From Podarcis liolepis (Eukaryota): a DNA stretch of 64,000 bases. The DNA lies in the NCBI GenBank assembly GCA_965112155.1, contig OZ218108.1, one strand, 5' to 3'. Made by a program: the position numbers and the translations under genes. Below the pieces are notes generated by a model that was given only the letters and a program-made list of their open reading frames with translations, was not told the origin of the DNA and made no database searches. Within the stretch, counting starts at the first letter, position 1, and each line of letters opens with the position of its first letter. This document shows positions 49,573-61,985 of the stretch, piece by piece.

Positions 49573-51258
49573 TACTCCCAATGGCTTAATGTGGATATTA
49601 ACCAGCATTCAGGACCAAGATGGTACCCTGAGGAATTCCCCAGCCTTTTCTGTGCTGCCCCCCAGGTTGTGGCATGCCTTCCCCTGCATCATACCCACTA
49701 TTGAACTCAATGGGTTTATGACTATATGCGATTTTGGGCTTTAGGCACCATCCCCACAATGTAACCCCATGTAAGTTGCAGGCTTAACTGTACATCTTTT
49801 TTATGTTAGTCGTTTAATTGTACTTTTGTACGTGTGCCATAAAGACTACTGTCAACAGCTTTGAGATTTCCGGATAGTAAGTGATCTATAAATGGAAATA
49901 ATAAAATCAATTGGCAAAAACTCCACACAAGAAATGGGCAAAATCCTAGCACTCTTCTTTTTAAAAACTAAATAGTTCCCCCCCGTGTGTCCTGCCGAGC
50001 CATCAGGGGGTGGGCTTGCCTCAGTGAAATGGCTGCTTTTACAAAACAAAGCTTCCTTCTGGGTGGCTGGGAATGTCCGGGGCAGGATGCTGTTGGGTGG
50101 GGCGGTGTGTGTGGGAGGGTGAGACCCTCCTTCAGTATCAAGCCTGAAGAGGGCGGGCCCTGTTGCTGCCTGGCTACCTCCCTTGTTTCTCTCCTCCTCC
50201 TAATGTCTGAAGACGTCTCACTTCATCTGTCACCCATTCTGTTCGCCTGCCCAGCTGTCAAAACAGGGGGTGTCTCTTTCATTCCAGCTCACAAAGTCCC
50301 AAAGGGGAAAGGGACTTTAATGCCTGTGTTTGGACACAAGCAATTATCCCTAATTATTGTTTTTCTTTTGAGCTTGCCCGTCCTGCTGGAGAGCCAGCAG
50401 ATGAACATGCCCTAATCCTCCCCAGTCGGTTGATCTCAGTGGGTTTTGCAGGACAAGTCGGCCGGAGGGCGGGGGGAGCAGGGGACTTGGGGGCTTTCAT
50501 CTCAATGTGAGTTTAGGGCTGATTCAAACGCTTTGCGATGGGGGAATTAACCTCAGAGCCAGGACTTTCAATGGCCTCTGATAAGAGATTATATGGGTTG
50601 ATGGCAAACCTTTCTTGGCAAAATGTTTTCAAAGGCCTCAGAGCTGTTAAATCAAAGCGCTATTGAATTGGGGCAGGTCCCTTTGCTCTGACCTTCTCTT
50701 TTTCTCTAGTTCAGTGGTGGGTATAATTACTGGTGGGGTGGCAGAGAGGCAGCTCCTCCTTCACAACCCCTTTCCGTTCCCAGATACCATCCCTACTTAG
50801 TGCTATGAACAAACTTGGGAAATAATAGCCAGAAATGGCAATGCCCATTGTGTCAATCAAACATGTACTTGCATCTACAAGCAAGCCTTAAAACCAGCTT
50901 GGTGTCCTCATGACACCATCCATCGTCAGCCTTCCATCTTCTTATTTAATATCCTTATTTGTACGCTGAAATGTTAAAAAGTGGGGCAAGGTAATTTTGT
51001 CTCTGTCAGTATCTTGCTGTTTCAGAAAAGGTTGCATACTATATATACAAAGATTTGTACATAGATTCACATTTGAACATTTAGGACGCACTTGTACTGG
51101 TTGGCATATAAGAAGATAGGAACTTGCCTTAGTTCAGTATTACCTATGCTGATTGGCAACAAATCTTCAGGCCTCACCTGCAATAAACATAGCATCATCC
51201 CACTTTAAACAGGCATGGTTTCTCCTAAAGAATCCTAGGAACTTAAGGAAGCTTAAAG

Positions 51259-52696
51259 CAGTGTTTCCCAACCTTTTTTGGGCAAAGGCACACTTGTTTC
51301 ATGAAAAAAATCTCGAGGCACACCACCATTACAGCCCCGTGACGTCAGCGCGCAGCGTCACGCCGGGAGGGACATGAATTGCTAGCAAATTACATAATCA
51401 CCTCCTTGAGGGCTGGCTCATCTTCTCCGAAGGCAGAACCCCATTAATTAACAGCACAGATTCACACCATAGCCAAGACGAGGGGGGAAAACCTCAGTCA
51501 TGCACAGTCATGCACATGTGGGGGCTAAATGAGGACGAAGACCGGGCAGAGAGCAGGGTTCAAATCACCCCACCTGGCCAGGACAATCCCTGGGTGCTCC
51601 CTTGGGCCACTCGCCTGACCCACCTCGCAGGGCTGTTGTTGCGAGGATAACACGGGGAGAACCACACGCACCCCCGGGAGCTCCTTGGAGGAGAAAGCGG
51701 GCGATGAATGCAATGCACGAAATATATGAGAGGCGACCAGGTTTTGCAGGTGAGGGGCCCCCGCCAGCCTCCGCTTCCAACACCCGGCGCAACGACGCCG
51801 AAGTTTCCCCCCGGGCTCGGCTCGGGGAGCAGCGCTGCTCCCCCCCGGCTCCCCTTCGCCCTCCCGGCTCTCTCTGCCGCCCACTGGGGACCCCCCTCAC
51901 CTGCCAAGTCCGGAGCGCCGGTGGAAGTTGCATGCATGCATGCAGGGCGCCACGTTGCCATTGCATTGCACTGCACTCCATGCAACGCCTGCACGCATGC
52001 ATTGCCTTGCACGCCCGCCAAGGGGTCTCCCCGCGGTCCGATGCGTCCCCTCCGGCGCGGATGCAGCATTGCAAAAATAAAAAACCCCCGACGCAGCCCT
52101 ACCTGGGGGGCAGCCTCCGCCTCCGCCGCTCCGCCTCCGCGGGGATCCCCGGGCTCCATCCTGCCGCCCGATCTCTGCGGGGGCGCAGGCAGGCTGCGCG
52201 GGGTCTGCGCGGAAGAGCCCCTGCCCGCCCGGCCGCCGCCGCTGCGCTCATTCCATGGCCGGGAGAAGAGCGCTTCAAACAAAACGCCCGGCCCGCCAGG
52301 CCACACTGGGAAACGTAGTTCGCGCACCCCGCGCGGGCACGGAGCCCAAGGGCGAGGGGACTACGGATCCCGGCAGCCCCCATGCCGGGGACGGAGGGGG
52401 AGAGGCCGGGTGCAGGGATGGAGGGACAGGTGGGCGAGCGAGTGAGTGAGTGGCAGCCGCCAAGCCTTGGCCGAGAGCCAGGAAGGGCCTCCCCGGAGGA
52501 GGAGGAGGAGGAGGGAGGCGCAGAGCGGGAGGGAGGGAGGGAACCCCAGGGGTCATCTAGTGACAGCGCCCCAATCGAAAATTTGACTTTTTTTAAAAAA
52601 AAAAAATCTTTCGAATTTTTTAATTTTTCCCGCGGCACACCAGGCAACATCTCGCGGCACACTAGTGTGCCGCGGAACAGTGGTTGGGAAACACTG
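51259..52696 (-). mobile_element. Non-autonomous hAT element with captured CpG-rich cargo, copy 2 (inverted relative to copy 1)
   Basis: Reverse complement of 28082-29501 with few differences; same TIRs; perfect 8-bp TSD gcttaaag (51251-51258, 52697-52704). Confidence 0.96.
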
Positions 52697-52976
52697 GCTT
52701 AAAGTGAGCAGATCCTTATTCCCCACAAGGAGCTACAATTCCCACAGTGGTTTAACTGTCAATTCTTAGAGAGGCAGGCTTTGAGCTGTGAGATTCAGAA
52801 TATTGACTGTGTGATCTCTCTTCTGTTGACTAGGAATGATTTTCTCAACCAAAGGCTTCATACTGCCTGCATTTATAGAAAGCCCATGCTTAACAATCCC
52901 TCTTGAGTCATTCTTCGGCCTTTCTTCCTCTCTGCTGACTTCAATAAAGGAGATATCATTCATTAATTCGTTTAAA

Positions 52977-53203
52977 GAGCCAGCGTGATAACGTGGTGAG
53001 AGTGCTGGGCAAGGATCTGAGAGACCAACATTCAAATCCCCATTCTTCTAGGAAGCTCACTGAGTGATTGTGGGCTCTCACCAGAACTCAGCCTAACCTA
53101 TCTCACAGGGATCTAGTGAGGAGAATACAGGTGGGAGACAACCATGTATTCCACCTTGAGCTCCCTGGAGGAAACGTGGGGTATAAATGCAGTAATAAAT
53201 AAA
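52977..53203 (+). mobile_element. tRNA-derived MIR/CORE-like SINE with L2-type tail
   Basis: agccagcgtg...ttcaaatcccc head, ctcagcctaacctatctcacaggg body and ggggtataaatgcagtaataaataaa tail. Related copies near 24250-24390 (-), flanking hAT copy 1, and inside the hAT cargo. Confidence 0.65.
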
Positions 53204-55343
53204 TCGTAATCAAGTGAATTTTAAAAAGCTCACTCTTTGTAACTTGGGTGGTAGAAACTGAAGGACTGGCTAGAGCAGAGCGAGGAACCTGCAGCCCTCT
53301 AGATGATATTGGACACCCAATTCCCATCAGCCCCAACCAGAGCAGAGCCAGGGAGTTCAGCAATATTTGGAAGGCCACAGATTCCCTAGAGAAATGCCTT
53401 CCTCCACGCTGACCTGCATGTGTCCTATGATCCACATCAGAGTTCCTCCTCTACTTCTAGCATCTCATGTGAGTGGTGACTGAGGAAAGGACTTTCATAG
53501 TAGTGCTTTCCCCAGTGGTGGAATTCTATCTCCAGAGAAGCTCACCTGACACCCCTTCTGTTGTCATTTAGGCAGAAGGCAAATACATATTTATTTTTTC
53601 CAGGCTTTACATTTCTGTAACAGCCATAGTCAAAAGCACCTGGAGAGCACCAGGTTGGACAAAGCTGATTTTCTACCTATGAATTTAAAGCTAATCCAAA
53701 GGTAAGAGCTAAGCTGAGTCCCTGGAACCTATAATTTTGTGCATATACTCAGAACTTCTCTGGTTTCTCTCACTGGTGCTATGTCTGCTGGTATGTGGTC
53801 TGCAGTTGATGAGTTACTGATGTTCCAATTATCTCTCTTAAATTACTTCCTCTGCTTCTCAGTTGTCTTTGCCAATGAGTTCATGATCCACACTGAAGAA
53901 AAAGAATTCCAGTTCAAATATGCTTCTCTGCGAACAGAATATTAGCTCTGGGTATAGAAATTATTTCCCAGTTTTTTTGTTTTTTTCAAAAAATGGATCA
54001 GACTACACATCAGTAATCTCATAGTTTTTAATCTTTATACTAAATTACACAAAATGTTGTATTTTCTTCCTTCTGTAGGCTTCATTCTATATTGTTCCAG
54101 AACTGCTACTTAACTTAGTCTTTATGTCAGTTTCTTAGATCATATATATTCCATATACCCCACCATTCTTCTCTTAAAGAGAGTTTAAAGTTTTGTTTTC
54201 TTTAAATACAAAACTTAGGCAAAACACACTGAAGCAGTATTTGACTCCTAAAATAATAGATTAAATATTTAGTTAAAATAATGTGTGTTTGTGTGTGTAA
54301 ATTGTTCATAGGATTTGGTTTGGTTTGGGTTTTTTAATGAGGATGTCTGCATATGCTATGGGTTGGAGTGTAGATGTGCTAAGTCAGGAACGGAAGACAG
54401 GAATGGGGACACTTTTGAATTACACTTTGCATCATTCTTGAACATTGATCATGCTGTCTAGGACTGGTAGCAGTTGGAGTTCAACAATCTTTGGAAGGTC
54501 ACAGGTTCCCCATCCCCATGTGAAGAGTTTCTGTACCCCCAAACAATATTGTGTGGATGCACTTGGAAACGAACGCCATGTTTGTACTTTCACAGCATTG
54601 CCAGTTGTCATAAGAACATCAGAACAGCTCTGCTAGATCAGACTACAGCCACATTTAAAGCACTATGATACCCTTAACACAACAAAATGTTTTTCCTTTG
54701 TGTTTATGTTCTATAAGAGAAAATCAATAATTTTTTTGGGGGGGGGTAATAAAGCACTATGATACCACTTTCAACAGTCATGGCTTCCTGCAAAGAATTA
54801 TGGGGACTGTAGTTTGTTAAGGGTGCTGAGAGCTGTTAGGAGAACCCGATTTTCCTTACAGAGCTACAGAGTTCCTAGAGTTCCCTGAGAAGAGGGACTG
54901 AATGGTAAACCACTCTGGTTACTGTAACTCAGGGAAGAGAATAGATCTCTCCTAACAATGAGAAGGTTATGATGGCATTACAGAACTGAACCAGAGAACC
55001 GAAAGATGGCAAAGAGAGCAGATGCCACATGCAAGAGCTGCAGCTCAGTTGTTTTCTTCCAAGTCCAGAGACTTTGGAGTAAGCCACTTTGGAGAACTCA
55101 GCTGCCTGGGACTGTACTGCTTTGGCACCACGCAACCGACTCAGCCAGATGAGATTGCCTGAAGATGTCAGAGGCATGACATGAATCTCGATATTTGGTG
55201 ACAGCATTTGTGCAAATGTGTTTCACATTTGAGGTTGCCATCAAGTCAGAGGGGTAGGTGGGCTTCCTGCTTCAGTGACTGCCAGATTGCATTTGGGTGG
55301 CCTCAAGGAAAGAATGTGTTTATGCATTTGTAGAGGTTGTGGT

Positions 55344-55634
55344 CAGGCCCATGAAGCAGGGTGAGGCAGTTGCCTCAGGCGGCAGATCCAGAAGAGGGGC
55401 AGCAGATCCGGCTGCTGCTGCTGCTTCTACTTTTGCCTCCTCCTCCTCCTCCTCCTCCACTACTGCTTCCTCCTCCCATGCAGAGGCTGATCTTCACCCC
55501 CACTTTAATTCTGAGGCTGATCTTCACTCATTCCGGTGCAGATTTACACTCCCCACTCACAACTCAACCGGCAGAGTGAGGGGAGGACCATTTGTGGTTC
55601 ACCTCAGGTGCCAAAATGTCTTGGGCCGGCCCTG
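55344..55634. mobile_element. hAT (Tip100-type) MITE
   Basis: Right end gggccggccctg, left end caggccc (partly deleted); perfect 8-bp TSD gttgtggt (55336-55343, 55635-55642). Confidence 0.8.
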
Positions 55635-56411
55635 GTTGTGGTGGTGTGCAGAAGAGATCTCTGTTACACAATCTCTCTTTGTTTGCTGCTGGTTCTCTCT
55701 TCTTCAGCAGGAACACCATGAAGAATATCTGCAAAGGGGCAGTACTTGCAGCTGGAAAGAGATGCATTTCCTGCGACGGTGTGTAGGTCAGGTGGAAAGC
55801 AGAATTAATGGTTGACTTGCTGCAACCATCTGGGTTGGTTTTCTCTGGGGAAATGAATGCATATACCTGCTTCGTGCTATGTGCTTTCACATGTTTGGTG
55901 GTTGTGCCTTAGGGAATGCCAATCTTACCCACTGAATCAGACACTCAGTAAGCAAAATCTCGATTTGGATTTCCCATGTCTCTGATGAGATCCAGTTCAG
56001 CGGGTGAGATCTGATTTTCACAAGGCACAGCCATAGAACCCAGGGGAATTAATCAGTACACAATACAATCAAAATAGGGGTCAAGCAAAAGTGTGGAGGA
56101 GCCCATAATTGGCTATATCTGTGCCCTATGCAGATGTAACAAATCCATGTCATCATCATTTTCTGCACCGTTGAAGGCAATTCTACATAACATTTTATTT
56201 ATTACACTCTCACCTCACATAGTCCCAAATGGCTCTGCATCATGTGTTGACTTTAAACCATTTTTTAAAAAATCCTTATTATTTCAAACAACATGGAAGG
56301 GGGAAGGCAAGTCTTTCCTGGTCCCTGCTGAGCTGAGCATGGCCAATTCCCCCTAAAAGGTCATTCAAAAGCAGAAACAATCTTTCTTCCTTAGCCCCTC
56401 CTATGCCTTCA

Positions 56412-56413
<2 letters not shown>

Positions 56414-56448
<35 letters not shown>
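56414..56448. repeat. (CA)n microsatellite
   Basis: Direct reading. Confidence 0.9.
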
Positions 56449-56451
<3 letters not shown>

Positions 56452-56786
56452 CAAGCCAGCCAGTCACTCCATCCTAGCAAAGGCTCTGCACCTCATAAAG
56501 ATTCAGGACTCATCCATACTGTTGTTTAATATAGATAGCACCTCCATTAATTCTCTGTTGCCCATAAGATGCTCTCCTTCAAATCACTGCCTTCCTACCC
56601 TTTCCCCTTCCCTCCCTCTGGATTTTCTCATACCACAGATACTCTGAGGAGGAGATAGTATGAGAAAATCTGGATCGAGGGAGGGGAAAGTGTGGGACCG
56701 TAGCTGTCATTTTGTAATTGTGGATTCAATTAGAAAGTAGCTTCAAAAGAAACCCTCATGGACCATCTATTCCATCTGGAGGATAT

Positions 56787-58400
56787 TGTTATGAGTTTGT
56801 GGGTTCCAGATCCCTTTAATCCTTGGATCCAGCAAGTGTTAAAATATAAACCAGGCTAGCTTCCTCATGAGATGATAGCCTGGGTGATGGGTCATTAAGA
56901 GAACAAAAGACAGCGGGCTCTCTGTTAGATGGAAAATGAGTGGGGCGCCTCCAACAACTCTTAGATCGTTAGAAAGACAAAACCTGAGCTTTAGATCTGG
57001 GATGTGACCTGGAAGCAAAACAGCAAGCAGAGGGTCAGAGAGCAATGTTTGATTTCTGTTTGAATCCAAGGCTGCAACTATCAGCAAAGCAAAACACTTT
57101 CGGGGTGTTGATTGTATATATGTGTAAATAAACCATATCTCATAAATATACCACAGTCTCCACTATGCCTTATTTCTGAAAGGAAACAAAAATCCACACC
57201 ACTTGGAGATTGGGGTGGTGTGTGACACTGGTGTCAGAAATTGGGATCCATGTTTCCTGGAGGAGGGCCTGTGAGAGAGGTATGTTGTTGTTGTTGTTTA
57301 GTCGTTTAGTTGTGTCCGACTCTTCGTGACCCCATGGACCAGAGCTCGCCAGGCACGCCTGTCTTCCACTGCCTCCCGTAGTTTGGTCAAACTCATGCTG
57401 GTAGCTTCGAGAACACTGTCCAACCGTCTCTTCCTCTGTCGTCCCCTTCTCCTTGTGCCCTCCATCTTTCCCAACATCAGGGTCTTTTCCAGGAAGTCTT
57501 CTCTTCTCATGAGGTGGCCAAAGTATTGGAGCCTCAGCTTCAGGGTCTATCCTTGTGAATGGATTTCCTTGCGAATGGATAGGTTTGATCTTCTTGCAGT
57601 CTATGGGACTCTCAAGAGTCTCCTCCAGCACCATGAGAGAGGTATACCTGAGTCAAAATAGAGAATAGCAACACTCCTTGAGAGAGAGAATCAACCACAA
57701 AGCTGGCAGTTGGATAAAATGGAGCAGCTGCTGGCGGAGTGGCTGAGAAGTCTCCATGGGGAGGAAAGTGTGATTCCATGCCAAGTGGACCCTGCTTGAG
57801 AAGCTGCTGCAGGGGGTTGAGAGTGGCCCAGGAGCCCAGCTGCAAGACACCCAAGAGGAAGGGGTGGCTAGTCTGTGAATGGGCAGCTGAGGGGCTTGGA
57901 CTGCAAAGAGATCCAGTCAACAGTTGAAGGCCAAGGGGAAGACAACACCTTAGAGAAAGGCAAGCTGGCTGGAGCTGAGCAGCTGACTATCACTGATTTC
58001 TCTACTCCCTGGGAGCCTGATTTGGAAAAGCGGGGTGCAGGAGGAAAGTGCCTCAGCGGAGGGCAAACTGCAGGATGGAGGCGAAGAGCTGCTGCTTATA
58101 GATCTCTTCACTCCATGTGCGCCAGCAGCGCAGGGGGAGATTGTGAGATGTGTGTTCGTGAGCAAGAGGAAATGGTGCCTGCAGAGGTGTCAAGAGGAGA
58201 AGTGTGTGAGCTCACCAGAAGAGTAGCCAGCGACTGAGGAAATGGCCATGTTTTCCTCAGTGCAAGAGGATGTGCAGGAAACGTTTGAGGCCTGTATGTA
58301 TGCCCCCGAGAAGCAGCGGGCTACTGCTGAACTGGGTGAGATAAACTACCACCACCACCATGATTTTGCCCCTTGGGTGCCAAAACTCACAATTTTGGGG
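56787..58400 (+). mobile_element. Gypsy-type LTR retrotransposon remnant: LTR ~56787-57227, PBS 57229-57247, decayed internal sequence
   Basis: TGTTA...TGACA termini, AATAAA at 57127, and TGGTGTCAGAA-attgggat right after the LTR, complementary to the tRNA-Leu(CAA) 3' end. The LTR 5' end and the right boundary are uncertain. Confidence 0.6.
57284..57633 (-). mobile_element. Bov-B (RTE) LINE 3' fragment
   Basis: LEKTLMLGKMEGTRRRGRQR..WRALVHGVTKSRTQLND, (CAA)n tail, 12-bp TSD tgagagaggtat (57272-57283, 57634-57645). Confidence 0.93.
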
Positions 58401-58712
58401 CTGTCAAATGTGTGGGACTGGGTAAGCTGCTTTGGGATACATAACTGTCTCTAGAGAGTGGGCACCGAGGAGAAAATAAGAAGACCTGAAAAGATACGGA
58501 TGGGGTGGAACTTGCTTGCTAGGAATAAGCTGTTAACTGTACTGGGTTGGGTTAAAAGTGTAAATGTGTTCTATTATCAGCTTTTGATTATGTTTCTGAT
58601 GGCAGTTGCTTTTCACAATTATGGCTGCCCTGTGTTAGGCAACTATCAAACTGAATAAACAGCACAGTACAATAAAGCCAGCGGATGCTATTCAGCTAAG
58701 ATTTATTCAGAG

Positions 58713-59048
58713 AAAAGGTAAAGGGACCCCTGACCAGTAGGTCCAGTCGCGGATGACTCTGGGGTTGCTTTACTGGCCGAGGGAGTTGGCGTACAGCTTC
58801 CAGGTCATGTGGCCAGCATGACTAAGCCTCTTCTGGCGAACCAGAGCAGCGCACGGAAACGCCGTTTACCTTCCTGCCGGAGCGGTACCTATTTATCTAC
58901 TTGCACTTGATGTGCTTTCGAACTGCTAGGTTGGCAGGAGCAGGGACCGAGCAACGGGAGCTCACCCCGTTACGGGGATTCGAACCGCCGACCTTCTGAT
59001 TGGCAAGCCCTAAGCTCTGTGGTTTAACCCACAGCGCCACCCGCATCC
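58713..59048 (-). mobile_element. Sauria SINE
   Basis: Reverse complement of the family; TSD tttattcagag (58702-58712, 59051-59061). Confidence 0.92.
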
Positions 59049-59123
59049 TTTTTATTCAGAGTAGACTTGTTTAAATTAATGCATGTAGCTTAGCCATGTT
59101 AATTATTTTAAATGGGTCTACTC

Positions 59124-59310
59124 CAGTGGTGTCCAAACTTTTTCCAAAGAAGGCCCAATTTGATGAAGTGAAGGGCCATGAGGGCCAAAGGGCCAACCAA
59201 AGTTGTTAACCTTTTTTTAGGATTGAATGAAGTTGTTAAGGGTTTTTTTTAGGATTTTACCAGACCAGCAGGCCAGATTAGGACCCCGAAACGGACTTTG
59301 GACATGCCTG
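59124..59310 (+). mobile_element. hAT (Charlie-type) MITE
   Basis: Ends cagtggtgtccaaa / tttggacatgcctg; perfect 8-bp TSD gtctactc. Confidence 0.88.
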
Positions 59311-60662
59311 GTCTACTCTGAGTAGTGGCATACGGCCCAGTGGAAGCCCCAACCTGCATCCTTTCCAAATGAGTGGGACTTGTGCAAGATCTGGATTCGG
59401 CCTCGTGGCTCATGCCTGCCCATATTTCATCCTGCCACATAGTTACTGATATCCAGATCTTTGTGGTGTTACCCGAGGTTACCAGCTCACCAAGTCCAGG
59501 GTAGTACCAGCTCAACACAGCCAATTGCTTCATTTAAAACAAGAAGACACGACCACGAAAGCATCTTATTTTTAGTTGACGAAGCAGTAGCTCACATCTG
59601 TGCTAGTTCAGTTTTGCTTGTGAGTTTCTGTGTTCTGTTTTGCTTTTCGTTTGCAGGCTTTAGCTGTAATTTGCAAAAATCCTTCCTAATCTTCCATGTA
59701 CCAGATGTTGATACTGTCTAAAAACATTTTGCTGCTTTGTTTCATTGCTGGAAAAAATCCTTGCTCTACATTCATTTTTCTGTTGTTATTGGTGTTGTTT
59801 TGACGTGCAAAGAGGGTCTGTTTCATTCTGCCTCATTGGAGGAGCTCATCTTTTTTCTCCCACTCAAAATAGCTGGTTTGCCCTTAAGCCTTTTTTGTGG
59901 TGTGATGAGGGCATCTTGCATGTCAGCCTATTTACTGTCACATGATGAGATGTTTGATGTCCTCAGATAGCCTGAAAACACCAGGAGGCACATAATTTTA
60001 TCATCTCAAATGCATTATAATTCCCTAACTGGGGAAAAACATACATGCATACAAAAATGAAACAGATTTTTTACAGTTCCTGTGCAAATTTTAAATAGGC
60101 AGATGTGGCTATTAGCTTTTCGCCTAGTTGTTTTTTTGTTTTGTTTTTTGCCCTTGTTCTTGGGACTCCATTTACAATGATTTTTTATTCTTAAATATGA
60201 CAACAGTCTAGGCTGCAAAATATATGCAGACATTTCAAGTACTTCTCCTTTACCAGTACATGCAATGATAAACAATGAAGTTATAAAGTCATCTTTTAAT
60301 TAATTTTAGAGAACTAGACATGTTATAAAATTAATTGTTTTGCAGTATTGTGATTTCATAATATGTAAACTGATTCAAAAGATTAGAAGAATTCATATCA
60401 CAAGTTGTATCTAATGTAAGCCCTACTCAGAGTAGACCTACTGTAATTAATGGACATGATTAATGGAGGTACATTAATCCCCATGTGTCTATTCTGAATA
60501 GAACTTAGTTCAATGCAATCCCATTATATTAATACCATCAAATAGATAGTTGGACGCTGTCATGTTTCCAATGTCTTTCTCTATGTATGATATGATAAAA
60601 CATTATTTTTAACAAATGAAATCCAGCTCATCACTTACGCTGAGAACTCTACAATACAAACA

Positions 60663-60664
<2 letters not shown>

Positions 60665-60705
<41 letters not shown>
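60665..60705. repeat. (GT)n microsatellite
   Basis: Direct reading. Confidence 0.9.
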
Positions 60706-60707
<2 letters not shown>

Positions 60708-61731
60708 ATTTGACCGTGACCCTTTCCTTTCACTAGTTAACAAGCTATAGCTGCATATATTCTGTACACTGAGGAACGGCTTTGTGTTTCCAGAGCTGCC
60801 CTGAAAATAAAGACTGAAATGCTCAGTGTTCCATGAGCCTCTTTCCATGCTCTCCAAATGACCCCTGATGTCGCCTGGGTCATTACACGCAATATACTAA
60901 TGCATCCAACAAATAATTCCATAGACCCACTGCTCCAGAGCTGCCTCTGAGTTCTGGTACACTCGATTACTTCAGCTGCTGGTTGCTGGGGTATAAACCA
61001 TATTGCTCCAGATCCTGAAAATCTTAAAGAATATTGAGAAATCACACTTGTTCTGTTAGGGGGGGAAAGTAGGGCAAAATAGCATCCTTTACATCAGAGC
61101 CTTTCCTCAGAGGAATGTAGAAGCTACATTTGATTTGCCCTGCTCCTCCTGCCTGTGGATTGCAGAGCACAGCCAGTCTGAATGACAAGCAATAATATCT
61201 CAGCTGACCAAAGGGAAAGAGATATGTATATGCTGGAATTCAATAGAATGCATATATTTATTTAGTTTGCATTTTCCTGCTTTACTGTTGTCTTTTTTTC
61301 TATTCAAAAGAAATGATTAAAAATATATTCATTGACTGGACATCACTTCCAGAAGAGGTGGATGGCTATCAACTTGAATGGCTTTAAAGGAGGATTTGAG
61401 AAATTCATGTAGGATAAAAGCTGTCGATGGGTCTCTGGCTATGCCCTGCCTCCCCTGTTAGTGGAAGTCTGTCTTTCTGCATTTCACAGTTGCTGGGAAT
61501 CACAAGTGGGGAGAGTGTTGTGAGGATTAGGTTCTGCTTGCAGGATTCCCAGGGACATCTGAGATTGACCATTACGAGAACGTCCAACAGAGCCCTTCTG
61601 ACATATCTTCCAATGAAAATGGGGACATCCTAAGGACATTCCGGGATCAAATTCTGGGATGGATCCTGTAAATCCAGGGCTGTCACTAGAAAATAGGGAC
61701 ACTTGAGGGGCCTGTCCTTATGTCCATACAT

Positions 61732-61985
61732 CAGTCATGTCCAAGGTCCATTTTGGGGGCCTAATCCGGCCTGCCAGTTGGTTAATTCTAGCCCCTGTGG
61801 TATTTTCTGTGGTAAATCCTAAAAACTCCAACCCTCAAAAAAGCTTAACAACTTTGTCATAATAAAAGCTCAACCACTTCAATCCTTAAAAAGGCTCAAC
61901 AACTTTGGTTGGCCCTTTGGGCGGCCCTCATGGCCCTTCACTTCATCAAATCTGGCCCTCTTTGAAAAAAGTTTGGACACCACTG
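61732..61985 (-). mobile_element. hAT MITE, same family as 59124-59310, opposite orientation
   Basis: ggccctcatggcccttcacttcatcaaat...aaaaagtttggacaccactg is the reverse complement of the 59124 left end; TSD degenerate. Confidence 0.8.

Noticed and set aside
53700-53945. Exon-like segment
   Set aside because: All three minus-strand frames after the candidate acceptor hit stops, and there is no recognisable homology.
56605-56690. Imperfect hairpin as a pre-miRNA
   Set aside because: It resembles the many short palindromic MITE remnants in the window; no evidence for a known miRNA.
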